This document shows, piece after piece, positions 56,041 through 64,000 of a stretch of DNA of 64,000 nt. The notes under the pieces were generated by a model. That model searched no databases, was not told where the DNA came from, and saw only the letters and a list, made by a program, of their open reading frames with translations. The DNA lies in the NCBI GenBank assembly GCA_964057225.1, contig OZ059900.1, forward strand, positions 22,320,001 through 22,384,000. The letters run 5' to 3'. Within the stretch, counting starts at the first letter, position 1; each line of letters starts with the position of its first letter. The DNA is from Auanema rhodensis (taxonomy: Eukaryota; Animalia; Nematoda). The position numbers and the translations under genes are program-made.

Positions 56041-58775
56041 GGGGTTAGAAAATTAAGGAAATTAGCATATTCTGAGGGCACGCCCCTTATGGCTAATATT
56101 GATTAAATCGATTTTTGTTCATATGAGTCGTCAAATGCAACGAATTTCAGCGTGTTACATACTAAAATGAAGCATTTTACATGCTGAACACTATAAAAAA
56201 TACAAAAACACAGTATTTCCCATGAGAAATATTTTATTATGCTGGAAAACCAGTTTTTGGAAATTTCGCTGTAAACAAGGTTTTGACTTACGATTTCATG
56301 TGTTCAAACTCATGCAATGTCAATGAAACCTAGCTCAAAATTGTTCCTACAACGTCTAATTCCACTTTCACGACAAAAAAACAGGGGTTAGAAAATTAAG
56401 GAAATTAGCATATTCTGAGGGCACGCCCCTTATGGCTAATATTGATTAAATCGATTTTTGTTCATATGAGTCGTCAAATGCAACGAATTTCAGCGTGTTA
56501 CATACTAAAATGAAGCATTTTACATGCTGAACACTATAAAAATACAAAAACACAGTATTTCCCATGAGAAATATTTTATTATGCTGGAAAACCAGTTTTT
56601 GGAAATTTCGCTGTAAACAAGGTTTTGACTTACGATTTCATGTGTTCAAACTCATGCAATGTCAATGAAACCTAGCTCAAAATTGTTCCTACAACGTCTA
56701 ATTCCACTTTCACGACAAAAAAACAGGGGTTAGAAAATTAAGGAAATTAGCATATTCTGAGGGCACGCCCCTTATGGCTAATATTGATTAAATCGATTTT
56801 TGTTCATATGAGTCGTCAAATGCAACGAATTTCAGCGTGTTACATACTAAAATGAAGCATTTTACATGCTGAACACTAGAAAAATACAAAAACACAGTAT
56901 TTCTCATGAGAAATATTTTATTATGCTGGAAAACCAGTTTTTGGAAATTTCGCTGTAAACAAGGTTTTGACTTACGATTTCATGTGTTCAAACTCATGCA
57001 ATGTCAATGAAACCTAGCTCAAAATTGTTTGTACAACGTCTAGTTCCACTTTCACGACAAAAAAACAGGGGTTAGAAAATTAAGGAAATTAGCATATTCT
57101 GAGGGCACGCCCCTTATGGCTAATATTGATTAAATCGATTTTTGTTCATATGAGTCGTCAAATGCAACGAATTTCAGCGTGTTACATACTAAAATGAAGC
57201 ATTTCACATGCTGAACACTAGAAAAATACAAAAACACAGTATTTCCCATGAGAAATATTTTATTATGCTGGAAAACCAGTTTTTGGAAATTTCGCTGTAA
57301 ACAAGGTTTTGACTTACGATTTCATGTGTTCAAACTCATGCAATGTCAATGAAACCTAGCTCAAAATTGTTCCTACAACGTCTAGTTCCACTTTCACGAC
57401 AAAAAACAGGGGTTAGAAAATTAAGGAAATTAGCATATTCTGAGGGCACGCCCCTTATGGCTAATATTGATTAAATCGATTTTTGTTCATATGAGTCGTC
57501 AAATGCAACGAATTTCAGCGTGTTACATACTAAAATGAAGCATTTTACATGCTGAACACTAGAAAAATACAAAAACACAGTATTTCCCATGAGAAATATT
57601 TTATTATGCTGGAAAACCAGTTTTTGGAAATTTCGCTGTAAACAAGGTTTTGACTTACGATTTCATGTGTTCAAACTCATGCAATGTCAATGAAACCTAG
57701 CTCAAAATTGTTCCTACAACGTCTAATTCCACTTTCACGACAAAAAAACAGGGGTTAGAAAATTAAGGAAATTAGCATATTCTGAGGGCACGCCCCTTAT
57801 GGCTAATATTGATTAAATCGATTTTTGTTCATATGAGTCGTCAAATGCAACGAATTTCAGCGTGTTACATACTAAAATGAAGCATTTTACATGCTGAACA
57901 CTATAAAAATACAAAAACACAGTATTTCCCATGAGAAATATTTTATTATGCTGGAAAACCAGTTTTTGGAAATTTCGCTGTAAACAAGGTTTTGACTTAC
58001 GATTTCATGTGTTCAAACTCATGCAATGTCAATGAAACCTAGCTCAAAATTGTTCCTACAACGTCTAATTCCACTTTCACGACAAAAAAACAGGGGTTAG
58101 AAAATTAAGGAAATTAGCATATTCTGAGGGCACGCCCCTTATGGCTAATATTGATTAAATCGATTTTTGTTCATATGAGTCGTCAAATGCAACGAATTTC
58201 AGCGTGTTACATACTAAAATGAAGCATTTTACATGCTGAACACTAGAAAAATACAAAAACACAGTATTTCTCATGAGAAATATTTTATTATGCTGGAAAA
58301 CCAGTTTTTGGAAATTTCGCTGTAAACAAGGTTTTGACTTACGATTTCATGTGTTCAAACTCATGCAATGTCAATGAAACCTAGCTCAAAATTGTTTGTA
58401 CAACGTCTAGTTCCACTTTCACGACAAAAAAACAGGGGTTAGAAAATTAAGGAAATTAGCATATTCTGAGGGCACGCCCCTTATGGCTAATATTGATTAA
58501 ATCGATTTTTGTTCATATGAGTCGTCAAATGCAACGAATTTCAGCGTGTTACATACTAAAATGAAGCATTTCACATGCTGAACACTAGAAAAATACAAAA
58601 ACACAGTATTTCCCATGAGAAATATTTTATTATGCTGGAAAACCAGTTTTTGGAAATTTCGCTGTAAACAAGGTTTTGACTTACGATTTCATGTGTTCAA
58701 ACTCATGCAATGTCAATGAAACCTAGCTCAAAATTGTTCCTACAACGTCTAGTTCCACTTTCACGACAAAAAACA
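56041..58775. repeat. Short 4-monomer higher-order duplication
   Basis: The order CTAATT / CTATA+CTAATT / TCTC+TTGTAC / TTTCAC+A6 occurs at 56041-57408 and again at 57409-58775. Confidence 0.75.
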
Positions 58776-59800
58776 GGGGTTAGAAAATTAAGGAAATTAG
58801 CATATTCTGAGGGCACGCCCCTTATGGCTAATATTGATTAAATCGATTTTTGTTCATATGAGTCGTCAAATGCAACGAATTTCAGCGTGTTACATACTAA
58901 AATGAAGCATTTTACATGCTGAACACTAGAAAAATACAAAAACACAGTATTTCCCATGAGAAATATTTTATTATGCTGGAAAACCAGTTTTTGGAAATTT
59001 CGCTGTAAACAAGGTTTTGACTTACGATTTCATGTGTTCAAACTCATGCAATGTCAATGAAACCTAGCTCAAAATTGTTTGTACAACGTCTAGTTCCACT
59101 TTCACGACAAAAAAACAGGGGTTAGAAAATTAAGGAAATTAGCATATTCTGAGGGCACGCCCCTTATGGCTAATATTGATTAAATCGATTTTTGTTCATA
59201 TGAGTCGTCAAATGCAACGAATTTCAGCGTGTTACATACTAAAATGAAGCATTTCACATGCTGAACACTAGAAAAATACAAAAACACAGTATTTCCCATG
59301 AGAAATATTTTATTATGCTGGAAAACCAGTTTTTGGAAATTTCGCTGTAAACAAGGTTTTGACTTACGATTTCATGTGTTCAAACTCATGCAATGTCAAT
59401 GAAACCTAGCTCAAAATTGTTCCTACAACGTCTAGTTCCACTTTCACGACAAAAAACAGGGGTTAGAAAATTAAGGAAATTAGCATATTCTGAGGGCACG
59501 CCCCTTATGGCTAATATTGATTAAATCGATTTTTGTTCATATGAGTCGTCAAATGCAACGAATTTCAGCGTGTTACATACTAAAATGAAGCATTTTACAT
59601 GCTGAACACTAGAAAAATACAAAAACACAGTATTTCCCATGAGAAATATTTTATTATGCTGGAAAACCAGTTTTTGGAAATTTCGCTGTAAACAAGGTTT
59701 TGACTTACGATTTCATGTGTTCAAACTCATGCAATGTCAATGAAACCTAGCTCAAAATTGTTCCTACAACGTCTAGTTCCACTTTCACGACAAAAAAACA

Positions 59801-62800
59801 GGGGTTAGAAAATTAAGGAAATTAGCATATTCTGAGGGCACGCCCCTTATGGCTAATATTGATTAAATCGATTTTTGTTCATATGAGTCGTCAAATGCAA
59901 CGAATTTCAGCGTGTTACACACTAAAATGAAGCATTTCACATGCTGAACACTAGAAAAATACAAAAACACAGTATTTCCCATGAGAAATATTTTATTATG
60001 CTGGAAAACCAGTTTTTGGAAATTTCGCTGTAAACAAGGTTTTGACTTACGATTTCATGTGTTCAAACTCATGCAATGTCAATGAAACCTAGCTCAAAAT
60101 TGTTCCTACAACGTCTAGTTCCACTTTCACGACAAAAAAACGGGGGTTAGAAAATTAAGGAAATTAGCATATTCTGAGGGCACGCCCCTTATGGCTAATA
60201 TTGATTAAATCGATTTTTGTTCATATGAGTCGTCAAATGCAACGAATTTCAGCGTGTTACATACTAAAATGAAGCATTTTACATGCTGAACACTAGAAAA
60301 ATACAAAAACACAGTATTTCTCATGAGAAATATTTTATTATGCTGGAAAACCAGTTTTTGGAAATTTCGCTGTAAACAAGGTTTTGACTTACGATTTCAT
60401 GTGTTCAAACTCATGCAATGTCAATGAAACCTAGCTCAAAATTGTTTGTACAACGTCTAGTTCCACTTTCACGACAAAAAAACAGGGGTTAGAAAATTAA
60501 GGAAATTAGCATATTCTGAGGGCACGCCCCTTATGGCTAATATTGATTAAATCGATTTTTGTTCATATGAGTCGTCAAATGCAACGAATTTCAGCGTGTT
60601 ACATACTAAAATGAAGCATTTCACATGCTGAACACTAGAAAAATACAAAAACACAGTATTTCCCATGAGAAATATTTTATTATGCTGGAAAACCAGTTTT
60701 TGGAAATTTCGCTGTAAACAAGTTTTTGACTTACGATTTCATGTGTTCAAACTCATGCAATGTCAATGAAACCTAGCTCATAATTGTTCCTACAACGTCT
60801 AGTTCCACTTTCACGACAAAAAAACAGGGGTTAGAAAATTAAGGAAATTAGCATATTCTGAGGGCACGCCTCTTATGGCTAATATTGATTAAATCGATTT
60901 TTGTTCATATGAGTAGTCAAATGCAACGAATTTCAGCGTGTTACATACTAAAATGAAGCATTTTACATGCTGAACACTAGAAAAATACAAAAACACAGTA
61001 TTTCCCATGAGAAATATTTTATTATGCTGGAAAACCAGTTTTTGGAAATTTCGCTGTAAACAAGGTTTTGACTTACGATTTCATGTGTTCAAACTCATGC
61101 AATGTCAATGAAACCTAGCTCAAAATTGTTCGTACAACGTCTTGTTCCACTTTCACGACAAAAAAACAGGGGTTAGAAAATTAAGGAAATTAGCATATTC
61201 TGAGGGCACGCCCCTTATGGCTAATATTGATTAAATCGATTTTTGTTCATATGAGTCGTGAAATGCAACGAATTTCAGCGTGTTACATACTAAAATGAAG
61301 CATTTTACATGCTGAACACTAGAAAAATACAAAAACACAGTATTTCCCATGAGAAATATTTTATTATGCTGGAAAACCAGTTTTTGGAAATTTCGCTGTA
61401 AACAAGGTTTTGACTTACGATTTCATGTGTTCAAACTCATGCAATGTCAATGAAACCTAGCTCAAAATTGTTCGTACAACGTCTAGTTCCACTTTCACGA
61501 CAAAAAAACAGGGGTTAGAAAATTAAGGAAGTTAGCATATTCTGAGGGCACGCCTCTTATGGCTAATATTGATTAAATCGATTTTTGTTCATATGAGTCG
61601 TCAAATGCAACGAATTTCAGCGTGTTACATACTAAAATGAAGCATTTTACATGCTGAACACTAGAAAAATACAAAAACACAGTATTTCCCATGAGAAATA
61701 TTTTATTATGCTGGAAAACCAGTTTTTGGAAATTTCGCTGTAAACAAGGTTTTGACTTACGATTTCATGTGTTCAAACTCATGCAATGTCAATGAAACCT
61801 AGCTCAAAATTGTTCGTACAACGTCTAGTTCCACTTTCACGACAAAAAAACAGGGGTTTGAAAATTAAGGAAATTAGCATATTCTGAGGGCACGCCCCTT
61901 ATGGCTAATATTGATTAAATCGATTTTTGTTCATATGAGTCGTCAAATGCAACGAATTTCAGCGTGTTACACACTAAAATGAAGCATTTCACATGCTGAA
62001 CACTAGAAAAATACAAAAACACAGTATTTCCCATGAGAAATATTTTATTATGCTGGAAAACCAGTTTTTGGAAATTTCGCTGTAAACAAGGTTTTGACTT
62101 ACGATTTCATGTGTTCAAACTCATGCAATGTCAATGAAACCTAGCTCAAAATTGTTCCTATAACGTCTAGTTCCACTTTCACGACAAAAAAACGGGGGTT
62201 AGAAAATTAAGGAAATTAGCATATTCTGAGGGCACGCCCCTTATGGCTAATATTGATTAAATCGATTTTTGTTCATATGAGTCGTCAAATGCAACGAATT
62301 TCAGCGTGTTACATACTAAAATGAAGCATTTTACATGCTGAACACTAGAAAAATACAAAAACACAGTATTTCTCATGAGAAATATTTTATTATGCTGGAA
62401 AACCAGTTTTTGGAAATTTCGCTGTAAACAAGGTTTTGACTTACGATTTCATGTGTTCAAACTCATGCAATGTCAATGAAACCTAGCTCATAATTGTTCC
62501 TACAACGTCTAGTTCCACTTTCACGACAAAAAAACAGGGGTTAGAAAATTAAGGAAATTAGCATATTCTGAGGGCACGCCTCTTATGGCTAATATTGATT
62601 AAATCGATTTTTGTTCATATGAGTAGTCAAATGCAACGAATTTCAGCGTGTTACATACTAAAATGAAGCATTTTACATGCTGAACACTAGAAAAATACAA
62701 AAACACAGTATTTCCCATGAGAAATATTTTATTATGCTGGAAAACCAGTTTTTGGAAATTTCGCTGTAAACAAGGTTTTGACTTACGATTTCATGTGTTC

Positions 62801-63904
62801 AAACTCATGCAATGTCAATGAAACCTAGCTCAAAATTGTTCGTACAACGTCTTGTTCCACTTTCACGACAAAAAAACAGGGGTTAGAAAATTAAGGAAAT
62901 TAGCATATTCTGAGGGCACGCCCCTTATGGCTAATATTGATTAAATCGATTTTTGTTCATATGAGTCGTGAAATGCAACGAATTTCAGCGTGTTACATAC
63001 TAAAATGAAGCATTTTACATGCTGAACACTAGAAAAATACAAAAACACAGTATTTCCCATGAGAAATATTTTATTATGCTGGAAAACCAGTTTTTGGAAA
63101 TTTCGCTGTAAACAAGGTTTTGACTTACGATTTCATGTGTTCAAACTCATGCAATGTCAATGAAACCTAGCTCAAAATTGTTCGTACAACGTCTAGTTCC
63201 ACTTTCACGACAAAAAAACAGGGGTTAGAAAATTAAGGAAATTAGCATATTCTGAGGGCACGCCTCTTATGGCTAATATTGATTAAATCGATTTTTGTTC
63301 ATATGAGTAGTCAAATGCAACGAATTTCAGCGTGTTACATACTAAAATGAAGCATTTTACATGCTGAACACTAGAAAAATACAAAAACACAGTATTTCCC
63401 ATGAGAAATATTTTATTATGCTGGAAAACCAGTTTTTGGAAATTTCGCTGTAAACAAGGTTTTGACTTACGATTTCATGTGTTCAAACTCATGCAATGTC
63501 AATGAAACCTAGCTCAAAATTGTTCGTACAACGTCTTGTTCCACTTTCACGACAAAAAAACAGGGGTTAGAAAATTAAGGAAATTAGCATATTCTGAGGG
63601 CACGCCCCTTATGGCTAATATTGATTAAATCGATTTTTGTTCATATGAGTCGTGAAATGCAACGAATTTCAGCGTGTTACATACTAAAATGAAGCATTTT
63701 ACATGCTGAACACTAGAAAAATACAAAAACACAGTATTTCCCATGAGAAATATTTTATTATGCTGGAAAACCAGTTTTTGGAAATTTCGCTGTAAACAAG
63801 GTTTTGACTTACGATTTCATGTGTTCAAACTCATGCAATGTCAATGAAACCTAGCTCATAATTGTTCCTACAACGTCTAGTTCCACTTTCACGACAAAAA
63901 AACA
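59801..63904. repeat. Terminal domain with a 6-monomer-offset duplication and a 2-monomer alternation
   Basis: TACACACT+AACGGGG monomers start at 59801 and 61853. TCTTGT monomers (60827, 62537, 63221) are each followed by a GTCGTG monomer (61169, 62879, 63563). Confidence 0.75.
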
Positions 63905-64000
63905 GGGGTTAGAAAATTAAGGAAATTAGCATATTCTGAGGGCACGCCTCTTATGGCTAATATTGATTAAATCGATTTTTGTTCATATGAGTAGTCAAAT

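Larger units (their letters stand above)
1..64000. repeat. Tandem satellite DNA array, 342-bp monomer, about 187.3 copies, single orientation, running off both window edges
   Basis: GGGGTTAGAAAATT recurs at 1, 343, 685 ... 3421, 6841, 10261, 13681, 17101 (exact 342-bp period). The last monomer starts at 63905. The net -50 bp drift is accounted for by the indels seen: 16 A7-to-A6, six 3-bp deletions, two 7-bp deletions, four other 1-bp losses and two 1-bp gains. No non-satellite sequence was seen. Confidence 0.99.

Noticed and set aside
17770-59460. A7-to-A6 homopolymer changes as sequencing errors
   Set aside because: They recur in the same monomer types across HOR copies (for example always with CTAGTA), so most are real. 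Only the singleton insertions near 56035 and 56198 remain suspect.
1-64000. CRISPR-like or other repeat-spacer array
   Set aside because: There are no unique spacers; the whole 342-bp unit repeats, and no cas or other genes are present.

Overview
The whole 64-kb window is one uninterrupted head-to-tail array of an AT-rich 342-bp satellite DNA monomer, all in one orientation (about 34% GC by hand count of the consensus). I count 187 complete monomers (1-63904) plus a 96-bp partial copy. Monomers differ from the consensus at roughly 0-7 positions. I found no genes, RNA genes, transposon insertions, CRISPR spacers or inversions, and the listed ORFs are chance by-products of monomer SNPs. It looks like eukaryotic heterochromatic, possibly (peri)centromeric, satellite; I cannot name the family or organism from sequence alone. 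Typing each monomer by its variants shows sequence domains with a sharp boundary near 17.1 kb and several nascent higher-order repeats (HORs): a 15/16-mer duplication, an 8-mer that shortens to 6-mers, a roughly 19-22-mer block present three times with mosaic ancestry, and small 2- to 5-mers. There are also hybrid monomers that mark recombination breakpoints and a singleton-rich, un-homogenised zone at about 51-56 kb. The monomer is dense in nested inverted repeats, and several variants extend or perfect those palindromes. All counts were made by eye and should be confirmed computationally.
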